Positions 40,201 to 51,500 of a DNA stretch of 64,000 nt are shown here, piece by piece. A program made the translations under genes and the position numbers. The notes beneath the pieces were generated by a model. The model was not told where the DNA came from and made no database searches. It saw only the letters and a list, made by a program, of their open reading frames with translations. The stretch lies in assembly GCA_051362555.1 (NCBI GenBank), contig CM120640.1, forward strand, positions 55,406,788 through 55,470,787. Direction: 5' to 3'. Position 1 is the stretch's first letter; each line of letters opens with the position of its first letter. The stretch comes from Lingula anatina (lineage: Eukaryota; Animalia; Brachiopoda).

Positions 40201-43200
40201 TGTGTGAGACAACGGTTAAGGGTTGTCTTAGTTCTGAGAGTGACCTGCAACATTTGCCTTTGCCACTCAAGATGAAATGTCATCTGGACTGTTTGTTTAT
40301 TCCTACAATTCAAGTAAGTACTGGTATAAACATAATAGACTAAGGAGTGAACACTTATATGCTAAGGAATTTGCAGTTGGGCACCCTGTGTTTTAGATCT
40401 TTTGAGAAGCTCCTCTGTAGGCATCAAAGCTACTTGTCACTGACATCTGTGGTGATAGCAGGCTTACTATGGGTATAGAGAGATACTGTCAGTTACTCTG
40501 AAATATAGATTGCTTTAAAAAACTAATATTCTGACTTATCGCAATGTTGGATGAGCTAAACAATCCTGATAACTATATCAGATAATACTATCATTTGACA
40601 TGTATTTTACTATTACATCACTTTCTCTTTCTTCATGTATTCTTCATTGTATTCCATTTCTTGTTTGAAAATGTTCCATCTTTTGTTTCAGAATTACATT
40701 CCACCTCCTGAAAAGCTTCGAGATTTTGTCATCCTGCCTCCATCAGACAACGACAGGTTTTATTGCACCATGATGAGACATGGGGATGAAAGCTATGGAG
40801 GGTATTACATTCTATATCTAGAGTACCTAGGGGGACACATACCTATACTTAAGGGGAGGAGGAACAGTAAACTAAGACCAGAGTTTGTGATCTTTGATCC
40901 ATCACCAAAAGGAATGATCAAAAGTAAGGGATAACTTACCATATTGGTATTAATTCTTCATATTTAGAGATAGGACCTTGAAGGGACCATTCCCAGACCC
41001 TATCATACTAACTGTGTAGGGGATTCTCGCTAAATTGCAATTAACTAAAGCAGCTTAGATGTCTATCCCATCTACTGAAGCTGCTAGGGCATAATTAATA
41101 ATCGTTTAGCAGCTTCTGTAGGCGTGCCAGACATTTAAGCCGCTTAAGCTGAAAGCAATTTAGCGAGAAACCCCTCGGAGATAGATCGATCCTGTTAGAT
41201 CAATCTTGGTATGGGAACAAAATCAAAGTTTTTCTCATTGAAAGAATTATATTACCAATTTTTATGTACAGACACAGATGTGTCTGTACATATTGCCATC
41301 ACCTGCGTCTGTCGTCGCCGTCGCCGATGCCGATGCCGATGCCTTCGCCGGCGCCGTGCACTTTCCTTGTAAACACGATAAGTGGAGGGCAGTTTTACTT
41401 TTTGGCTTTATATTTACAGAGCTGATGAATATTCATAAAACGCAGGTCAAGTTCGAAAATCAGCATGATTGGGCCATTATTGTAGAAGTTATGCTGTTTT
41501 TTCACTTTTCAGCATATGTACAACCCTGTAAACACATTTTAAGGAAAACCGATAGGCCTGTTGTCATGAAACTCACAGGAGTAATCAGTCTTACTAAAAT
41601 GCAGGTCAAGTTCGATTATCGGCATGATCGGGCCACTATTTTAGTAGTTATGCTGTTTTTTCATTTTTCAGCATATATGCAACACTGTAAACACAATATA
41701 AGAAAAACAGATAGGCCAATTGTCATCAAACTCACAGGAGTGGTCAATCTTACTAAAGCGCAGGTTGAGTTCAAAAATCAGCATAATCAGGCCATTATTT
41801 TAGAAGTTATGCTGTTTTTTCACATTTCCTCAGATTCAATTCTTAGGCATGTTAACAGTCTTATTGTTTTACTAATAAGATACATAAAAGTGTTTGTTTG
41901 ACATTTCCTGCATCTTTACAACATTGTTAGTTGATTATGTAAAAATGATGGTAAACTTGTTATCGTGTATTGTGTAATAAAGTGTCAAAAATGGAAATAA
42001 ACTCATATCATTGCAGTTTGACAGATTCAATCATTCACTATGTTCAGAATCTCAGAATGGAGGAAATTGGACATTTAACACTATTCTATTGATATTTTTC
42101 CCATCTCATCAATTTTCTTAGTTGATCATATAAAAATTGCAGTAAACTGTTTATTTTGTTTTATGTTAAAAAAAGTGTTAAAAATGGAAATAAACCCATG
42201 TCAGAACAGTGCTGTCTTGTTTACATTTTGGCATTTTCAAGTTGTGACTTTGAAGTTCCATGGGCCTGAAGACATTTGCTAGTCACATTTTCTGAATATC
42301 CATAATACTAATATTTTATTATTAAAATTGATGGTCATTATGCTGTTAAACATTATGTAATATTGCATCAAAATTTAAAAAAAAAATATTTTGGGCACTG
42401 CTCCCATGATGACCATTTAAGAAAAACCATGTCAGTTACTGTTCTCAAACTTACAGGAAAGAAACATGGGACTAAAATACAGCTTCAGTAGGCAATGCAG
42501 TTTGTTTGGTAATTCTTACTGCCAGTTAAACGTTTTCACATATTGGCATTTTCAAGGTGTGACTTTGAAGTTCCACGGGCTTGAAGACCCATGCTAGTCA
42601 CATTTTCTGAAAATCCATGATACGTGTATTTTATTATTAAAAATTGACGGTCATTATGCTGTTAACCATTATGTAATATGGCATCAGAATAGAAGAAAAC
42701 ACAATTTTGGGTGCTGCTGCCATGATGACCATTATGGGAAAACCATGTTACTTATGATTGCCAAACTTTCAAAAAAAGAAATACAGGACTAAAATGCAGC
42801 CTGAGTTGGAAAAGCAGTCTAATTGGCTTCTTTTTCTGGAAGTTATACATTTTCAAAGTGTGAACTTGTTACACATTTTACTTACATTGGTATTACCTGT
42901 TGAGCATAATTAAAATTTGATGTTGAATTTGCAGTTTAACATAATGTACTTTTGCATCAGAATTGACAGTAGCCTATTTTGTGCATAGTTATTTCCTGTT
43001 TTTTGTCTGTACATTTGACAGCTTTGCTGCCTTGTTTCATCTTGTGGTAGATTTTTTAAAGCTGTATTTCCTATGTTTTCCATATGTTAGATATATTATT
43101 AAACATATGTATAAATGACCATCAGTATAATATATTGTTGTTCATGCTTTTTAACATGTTGCAGATGGTGATGATGAAGTGTTCAGCAGTAGTGGATGCA

Positions 43201-43974
43201 GTTGTAGTTCCAATGGTGAAGATGAGCCCATCCTTGACACTGGCTGTGGTTCTCCTAGGCCAAGGAGGAAGAAAAAACAGAAGAAACGTCCAAGGAGTGG
43301 TGACAGAAAAAATGGTACACCTGGAAGAGATAGGTGCAATGATAGGTGGCAGGAAGACCATCTTCCTGAGGTAAAGTCTGGTGATTAACTTGATAGATTA
43401 CACAACAAAGTATTACAGTTATTACGCACAAAAGAGGAACAAAAAAGGAAAGGATGTTTTGAAAGCTGTAAAATGTTATATTGTAAGTGTCAGTAAGTTT
43501 ATTTTTGCAAGTAATAATTTACTAAAATTTGATTTTTGAAAAAATGAACAATTTGAAATATTTAATTGATAACTCCATTGAAAATTTTCTCGATAAGTTT
43601 TGTAGATTTTCTCCCTGTAGATTAAAAGTTGTTCAGTCCTGTCCTGTCCATTCAGAAGCATTTTATATTGTTTTAGGAAAACCGACTAGTTGAAGTGACA
43701 TCCAACTTCTGGGGAACAAAGTTTAAGTTTATAGGTCTGACAGAAGACCTGCCAACCAACCTAGGTGAGGTGATCTACAAGACCAGCCTGTTTCACCTCC
43801 AGCCACGCCAGATGACTGTCATGGTAACTGATCTAGATGACAAGATGGAAGGAGAGCTGACTGCTGCTGGACCACTGACCAGTGACTTTGGTGCTAATAA
43901 TGAAGAAGAGGACCTCACAGGTAAAGGAAGCTCTTCACTTTCCTCTGCCCTCACTTTGTCCTAACATATTACTG

Positions 43975-44016
<42 letters not shown>

Positions 44017-46659
44017 TGAAAAAAGTGTGATGAAATTGAAAAATTGATAAAGATAAGGGAAAGGCATTGAATTGTATTAAAAATGTAAATATTAAACTTG
44101 AGAAAAATGTTGCATCATAGTTAATAGGCTTTGGTATGAAGTTATGAAATTAAATGCCTACAATGAATAATATATGTTATAGGTACATTTCAAGAATCTC
44201 TAGTGGATCCGCTGAGGCTGTCACCTGATGATGATGCTCTGCCGGTGGCTCCCAAATCTCCACTTCTAAGCTGTAAACCAAATGTATTTGCTAATGCAGA
44301 AACACAGACTGATGATTCTGCCAAAAAGGCAAATCTTAAAGCAGCAGTTTGTATGGAAGCAGGGGCTGCTGGAGTGGACCAGATTAACACAAGTGCAATA
44401 GTCTTTATGGCAGCACCAGACGGAGGAGCTGCAAGCAACGTTAATTCAGGTGTAGTTATTGGGGAATGTGAGGGTGCTACATACTCTGCTCAAGAAGAAA
44501 AAGTTGCATTTCAGGAGACTTATCTAACACATAATGAATCTCTATGTGGAAATGTTGACTTGAAATTATTGAATGGACAGCCTCCCCAAAATGGGTTAGT
44601 CGCCATGGATAGCTATAACAAGGATTTGGATTATCCAAAATCTAACCACATTGAAAGCTTGACCAATGATTCATCCTATGACAAACTAAATGCATTACAT
44701 TCCAGTCCTTTGGTAAGAAGAAAGTCTCATTTAACAAACTCAGATTTTACCTTGCATGGCAAGAGCCACAGTTTAGATCTCCCAGAGAAAGAGCAAGAAT
44801 GTGCACTGGACCATTCTTCATTTCGTTTTAGTGGAAGAGTTTTATCAGACAACAAACTTACAGATTTAAAAAAGGGACAAAATTCCATTCCACAGTCAAG
44901 CAAGCTTTTTGAAAGATCTCAGAATGCTTCTCGAAAGCAAACAAGTAACAACTCTCCCAACAGAAAATCAACATCATCACCAAAAACCGTAAAAATAGTT
45001 GAAGAATGCAAGGGCAGAAAGGTCCCTTTGGACAGTTCAGATGAAGACATGTATGTTAGCTCAAATGGAGGTCAGAACTTGAAGGACTTGGAAGGTTTTC
45101 AGAAATCTCAGCTCAAACAGAAGGTAGGTACTAGTACATGTAGGTTCTGGTCAGCTTATGTGCATATTTACTTCTTACTTTGCTGCTAAATGTAGAGGAA
45201 AGTTTGTATTAGGACATTTGGAAAAGTGGATTATAGAATGGCAGGAAGGGTTTGGGGGGTCAGGGGGAAACATTTCCCATTTATGGTGTTATTTTTCCCC
45301 CTCATTCAACATCTTAACTGAATAATGTTGGGCAAAATTGGTACTGATGCCCTCTGGTCTGATAGAAATGTCAAATTACTGTAGGTTGTTTAAGATATTT
45401 CTGAATATTTTGGATAAATCATTGGGCATTCTGAGTAAGGCATTGTAAAAATTACATGACTACTGTACCTCTGTTCCTTTGCCAAGCAGGTGCAGCAGTT
45501 TATGCCGTAAATGTGTATAGAAGAGGATAGACTAAATCATTTATTATACCAAAAGTTAAAGAACATTTGCATTGTCTGAGACAATCCCAGAACCTTTATA
45601 TCCCAAAACATAGAACTGTTAGATCTGCAAACTTTTATCCCATGGGCCCTCAGAATTTTTTATGTATAAACTTTAAACTATTTTAAAGAAATTGATTGAT
45701 GTAACATTTAAATAATTGAATTATTTTATGCTATTTAACTATTTTTAAGAAACTGATTGATTTATTATTTTAAGAAATGAATTCACTTATATTATTGAAC
45801 TATTTTAAAGAAGCATTTTGATTTAATCAGATAATTTATCTTTTATGTTTTAATGTCGTAATGTATTTCAGTTACTTTTTTCACTCCTTTAAAGCTAATA
45901 TGTAAAATCCAACTTTTAGTTGCAACAATTATTATTATTATTGTTATATTGTTGAATAATTATTTCAAACATAATTACGTGTTGATTTTTAATTGCCAAT
46001 AAAAACCGAGAAACTGTAACCTTAATTAAAGTGTGGTATTGAAGAGTTTATTCCACTGATCTAGTATTCTCGACCAATCTTCTGTATATGTTATACATTA
46101 CAGGTGAAAAAGCACTCTCGCAGTAAGAGTGAAGGAGATGGTTACAGCAGGAAGTTGCATGTTATGCACAATAAGGCTCCTATCTGGAATGAGGCTAACC
46201 AAGTCTACCAGCTGGACTTTGGTGGCAGAGTCACACAGGAGTCTGCAAAGAACTTTCAAATAGAATGGAGGGGAAAGCAGGTGACATATATCTCATGACA
46301 TGCATTTTAAAAGCAGTAAAATTTCAAAATTTATGAATTCTATTTTTAGAAGTTTTTAGTTGTTTTTTTTTTTAATACAAAATTGTGAAAGAGAGTGACT
46401 ATGGTGCATGCTAGAAAATTGTTTGTAACTAGAAATGATGGTGCTTGGAAAACATGAAATATGGCAAGAAGTGAAATGCTTGCAATATGATAATAATTAC
46501 AAAATAATAATGAATTAAATATTTGTCCTACTTGCCTTTTAGGTGATGCAGTTTGGACGTATTGATGTGCATGCCTATACCCTGGATTTTCAGCATCCTT
46601 TCTCTGCTATCCAAGCATTTGCTGTTGCTTTAGCCAATGTCACACAGAGACTGAAGTAA
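22762..46659 (+). CDS. TULP4: Tubby-related protein 4 (WD40 + SOCS box + C-terminal tubby-like domain), 14 exons, about 1038 aa
   Basis: Exons 22762-22836, 24837-25022, 31860-31988, 32149-32313, 38391-38553, 39059-39169, 39656-39798, 40086-40313, 40692-40923, 43165-43370, 43677-43920, 44183-45123, 46104-46280, 46543-46659 (3117 nt). Motifs [39 protein letters not shown] box [58 protein letters not shown]. Confidence 0.96.
23805..24128. mobile_element. Kolobok-like MITE (TTAA TSD)
   Basis: ttaa|AGGCACACTCAATG...CACTGAGTGTATCT|ttaa. Confidence 0.7.
26331..26589. mobile_element. Foldback MITE with ~95-bp inverted arms
   Basis: CAGGCCTTATA..CGGATTA.GTGTTTACTAACACTACCCGCA mirrored at the right end; AGGA on both flanks. 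Confidence 0.8.
29466..30605. mobile_element. CAGGGGCGGATT MITE with 5-bp TSD TTAAC, interrupted by a Harbinger-like MITE
   Basis: ttaac|CAGGGGCGGATT...AATCCGCCCCTG|ttaac; uninterrupted sister copy at 32501-32668. Confidence 0.85.
29480..30448. mobile_element. PIF/Harbinger-like MITE, 969 bp, TTA TSD
   Basis: tta|GGCCACACTTTTTTATTTTTATGGATGACATCCT...AGGATGTCATCCATAAAATAAAAAAAGTGTGGCC|tta; second copy at 56976-62333. Confidence 0.9.
32501..32668. mobile_element. CAGGGGCGGATT MITE, 168 bp, uninterrupted
   Basis: Colinear with 29466-29479 plus 30452-30605; flanks aaatg/aaatt. Confidence 0.85.
33269..34373 (+). mobile_element. HINE-like element, subfamily 1, double-headed and 3'-truncated (copy B1)
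   Basis: Head hairpin at 33271, second partial head at about 34170; ends in the T-run where B2 begins. Confidence 0.8.
34374..37888 (+). mobile_element. HINE-like element, subfamily 2 (copy B2), with about six 161-bp tandem units
   Basis: Head variant ATAGCCATCATCTGCG; units start near 34450, 34611, 34772, 34934, 35097; 3' end GTCTGTACATTTGACAGCTTTGCTGCCTTGTT. Confidence 0.85.
40983..41218. mobile_element. Foldback MITE (Harbinger-like family related to 21066)
   Basis: ggggattctcgctaaattgc...gcaatttagcgagaaacccc and tgaagctgcta/tagcagcttc inverted pairs. Confidence 0.65.
41262..43036 (+). mobile_element. HINE-like element, subfamily 1, complete single-headed copy C
   Basis: Head hairpin, microsatellite, three 159-bp units (caggt at 41443, 41602, 41761), a second array of ~317 bp, and the canonical 3' end; T-rich flanks. 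Confidence 0.88.
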
Positions 46660-48502
46660 GATTGGAGAGGACACCTGTTTTTTTCAAAAGACACATTTTA
46701 CAGTTCCATCATACATTGATAATAATAAAGAAATGCTGTAGAGCACAGACAGTGGAGCAGTCATTTATGATATTTGCCATTTATGGGAACAGAGAATTGA
46801 CTTTTAAAGTTATATTTATGTATCATGGAAGATATAACTTGACTTGACAGTTCAGTTTCTTGAATAACGGGAAGTGAGATTTATAGTATAGAGTAAATTG
46901 TGTGTAATCTTATCGATATCCTGCCAAAATGTTTCCTAAGTGTTTACATCAGAATTGTTTTGAGATTGTAAACATCTCATCTTTGCACCTCTTGGGGTAT
47001 TTTGTCCATCTGTGTAATGGAGAGCCAAGAATACAAAGAATTTATTTGCACTCTCCCATTGTCAATGTGTGATACAATATTCCTCTGTAAGAAAGACTTG
47101 TCTCATTATGTTAGATTTACCAAGCTCCAGGTCCAATGTGTACCAGCTTTATTTTCACACATCTAGATTTGTACTCTTATTGAACTCAGACTGTCTGTGT
47201 TAAGTTTTATTGAAGTTTAAGACAACAATTACACACCTGCATCTGGGTTTCATGGTTTTGTAGGACACAAACATAGCTCATACAACTGCCCAATATTACT
47301 TGTGATGAGTGTGGTGAACTTCAGTCATATGCTGTTGAAGTTCAGTCTAGACGAGATCGCTTGTAAGGAAATTCTCAAGTGAATCAATTGGCCAGTTGTT
47401 TCTGCAACAGTACGCACTCAAATTGGTGCTTTTTGCAAAATAGCTGTGGACTTCAAGAGACCCGAGCTGCAGTCTCTTGTAAGGATTTACAGCTTGGATA
47501 ATTATAATGAAACGTTTAATATTGTGCAATAAATAATTCCTGTTGTGATTGTCTTATTGATAACTGAGATACAGGATGGGGGGGATTGTCCTGATATGAA
47601 CATTGATACAAATAATAAGTGATTCTAAAACAAGTTTATTGGGTCACTTCGAGTTTTAAACCAAACAAGACTGATGATCAGAAAGCATAGTAACACAATG
47701 TTTTCAGTGCTAAAATGGGTGCTTGACCCCTACACCTAACACTAAAATTATTACTCTTGTATTGATTAATAAAATACACAATTATTTGGACATTAAAAAC
47801 ACAACTGTCTAAACATACACTACACATCAAAGGTGTTAAACAAGATAAATCTTGAAAGAACAACCGTTTTAATAATTTCCAATGCTAACCCAATTTCTGC
47901 ATCTACACATCATTTCTGCATATCATTTTAAGATATAAGAAGGTAGAAGAACTGCTTTTACCATTTTCTGGCTTTTCCTAAGAGGCGTTGCAATAACAGC
48001 TGATTGATAAACTTCAGCATTATATGGCAGGGAAAGACAGCAACATAAATATTGCTTTTGGCACAAAAAGCCACCACAAAAATGGGTGCTTGTACTCCAC
48101 ATCTACCACTAATAACTAAGTTAAGAGTTATAGTATACCAGGTTCATAAAATGCATATTTATTTGGACACTAAAACACAACTAAGCTGTCCAACTACCGG
48201 TATAAAGCACCTATCCAATGTTTTAAACAAGATAAATTGTGGAAAGTACAACAATTTTGACTATATGATCAAGCTTTCCATGTTGTTTGTCACAACAGTG
48301 ACCTTTTCTAATGCTTCACCCAACAGCATAGTGATAACGGTACCTAAACGAAGTTCCACTCAAACCTTATCACCTTTCTGTAAATCTAAGTGTCCAACAG
48401 TTAAAAATGTTCAGCTAGTCAGCAACATATTTATACTAAATGATGATTTCAGCACCTCAGTTTTAATCGATCTACAGCAAATTTCATTAATGCAACTTTA
48501 CT

Positions 48503-51500
48503 TCACTTCGTTTGTTCATAGCGCTTTGTCAGCCTTTTGGTGATCTCTTCGCTCAGAACCAGCCATTTCTTATCATTATATTGTTTCTGTCTATCAGGAT
48601 GGTAGTGTACAACAGCCTGCTGGAGGAGTTTTTTGACCTTGCTACTTTCAAGATAAGCATTCTCTTTTTTAGCTTCCTCTGAAAGCCCGAACTTTGGATT
48701 CTTAGGTGGGAAGGTCTTGTACACAAACCTGAAAACAAACAGAGTATGTTTTACAGGATTTTTATAAGATCCAAATGTTATATATTATTCTTGAGTGCCT
48801 GTATGTTCTAAAAAGAACTGGTTTACAAACAGGTATTTTTGCATTGTCTGAAAACTTGAGAAGATATGGGCTCATTCCCATTCTATGTAGATAGATCAAA
48901 CCCCTTGTGGACCTCGCGTTAATCTGTTTGCATTCAGCAAGAGTCCCCGCAGAGTTGGGTCAATCAACGTACACCGATAGCTTCAAAGGGCATGAGCCCT
49001 GAGACAAATAGTAACAATAGTTCCTGAGTTACATATTCAGTAGACTCGATTACAGTTCATGACACCTCTGGATACAAACAAACATTAAACTTGAATACAT
49101 AATAAACATACTGCAAGAAAGATGTATGGTATTCATTTTCCTTCTGGTCTAGCTGTTTGATTTCTGCTGTCAGTTCTTTCAGTGTTTCAGCTCTCTCTTT
49201 CTGCCAGAGATAATCCTCCTGTTGTTGGACCTCCTGTTGGTATTGCTCCAATGTTTGGTTGGCCTCCTGATACCAGTCTGGATAAAATGCAAGCCAAAAG
49301 GAATTAGGACTGTGCATGAGAAAATAGAGATAAATAAATGACAACAACTAATGAAAATTTTCAACCTATCATTTAGAGTGTTGCCTGATGGTTAAATGAA
49401 CTGGTCAAAAATGTTTATATCACCTGCCAATTCATTGCTGATTTTGTAAAAAATAGTTGTCAATAGCCTTAAAATGTTAAATTTTGGCTTAAGTGACAGA
49501 ATATTCTGCCTGATATTTCAGTCCAAGCCACTAATTTCAAACAAGCAGACTTGTTTTTCATCAGCAAAAGCCAGAATAAAATAGGGGATAAATTTGCTTG
49601 AGGTTGTTCCAATACAATTAGGCTTCGTTCACATGGAAAGTCTATTTTCTAAAAGTCTATTTTCTATTCGCGGTATATCTTGTGATCACGGTCTGTGCCC
49701 TGAATATCCCGCGGCGTAATTACTGGCAGCGCGAGCCAGTTACTTATACAAAGCTGTAATTAATTCTCGGCTGTGCTCGCATTCTATAAAATCTCATCCT
49801 CCGTTGCCGCATCGCTTGCCATCGTATCATGCGATGCGGCAACGGAGGATGAGATTTTATAGAATGCGAGCACAGCCGAGAATTAATTACAGCTTTGTAT
49901 AAGTAACTGGCTCGCGCTGCCAGTAATTATGCCGCAGGATATTCAGGGCACAGACCGTGATCATAATATACCATGAATACAGGGCTAGACACTAACTTTT
50001 GTGAGCACCTGTCCTTCGGACAGGTGCTCATATATTTGACCTGTCCGATTTTCAATCCAACCTGTCCACAAAACCAATATTTTTTTCTATTCATACCTTT
50101 GAACTTTGTCAATTAATATGTGTAGTCATACATTTAAATTAATGTATATATTACCAAAACATTCAGTCATATGAGCCCCAAAAATGCACCTTAAAGTGAA
50201 TTTATGTTCAGATAAAAAGTTGTTTTTTCATACTTGTGAACTCCTGAAGATTTAATCTTGCATATAAGTCTGATATTTAACATCAGGGCTTCTCCTAGGA
50301 TTTGGGGTACAGGGTCTACTAATTATAAGTCTGCAATTTGATAACAGATTCACATGAAGTTTAACCAAAGCTAAAAAAAAAAAAAAAAAAAAACCTGAGC
50401 GGGAAGTGGGGAGGTGGTACTGTTAAAATAATTTTATAAAAATATTCAAATTTTATAATATTTGAATAAAGTTCAATGAAAATTATATATATTATTTTAT
50501 TTATTCATTATTTTATATTCATTTTATAATACTTTACTTATATTTATGTCAACAATTTAACTTCTTAAGGGGTTATCACATGTTTGATTTTTAAAAAATA
50601 TATGAATTAAATAAAATCAGCATAAAAAGGTTCCCCTTCTTTCTATTTAAATTCTCATATTTGTTATTACTTATTTCTTCCTTACATCAATATAACACTG
50701 GTATATGAGAGCAATGTTAATTTATTATATTCCAGCACTAAATTTTAAACTGTAAATAACAGAGGTGATGCTAGAGTCATTAAAGAAAGCATCATACAAA
50801 ATTTCAGGTTATATTTTGGCAAATAAACAACATTTCAACAAGATCTTCAGTCCCAAAGATTTCACTTTCTATAGTGAGTAGATAGCATACCACGTGTTTG
50901 ATTGACAGGTAGTATGTTGCCTTGACAACGAACTAGATATAGCCAGTTCATCCAGTCCAATCTGGCTCCAGCACAGTACTTGTGTAGTTTCTGTTTTTGG
51001 AAGTGTCTTTATTACTAGAGCACGTAGATTTTAACTAAATAAATGTTCAGTAGTGAACCTGATATGTGAATAAATTTTGTCCGATGAAGTCACGCTCGGC
51101 TGTCACCTTGATTGCATAGTAAACGGTTGTCGTAAAATCGCTAAATGATATTAAAATCGGGTGCATAAACTTAAAAACCACCTAGGACAACCTAAGACTG
51201 CCACATTAATCCAATACAATGCAAAAATAAACTATAACAAGTGGTTAAAGCCTTCAAACCGAATGTCGTAAAGTCCCCATATACCTCCATAGAGACAATA
51301 AAATAGAAGAAGCTTGTGAAACAAGAAAAATCCAGTTCCAACATAATAATCGAAATAAAATACTGCCGGGCATCGGAGCGGCCTAAAACTTGGCACGCTT
51401 ACCGCTAATACTGCAGGCTACATCATCCCGTCGCTCGTTTGTAAATTCCGTGCATGGCATACGCACAATCAAACCGTATATCCAAATTCCACCTCTGATG

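Noticed and set aside
41278-41901. Recurrent [13 protein letters not shown]... ORFs (also 10159, 11140, 33240, 34173) as a gene family or transposase
   Set aside because: They are translations of the HINE head and 159-bp tandem units (53 codons, so frame-preserving); no catalytic motifs and variable stops.
45670-45825. Degenerate ~62-bp AT-rich tandem repeat
   Set aside because: Ordinary low-complexity intronic duplication with no further structure.
48052-48543. 163-aa plus-strand ORF
   Set aside because: Antisense to the 3' end of the J-domain gene, non-ATG start and no recognisable features.
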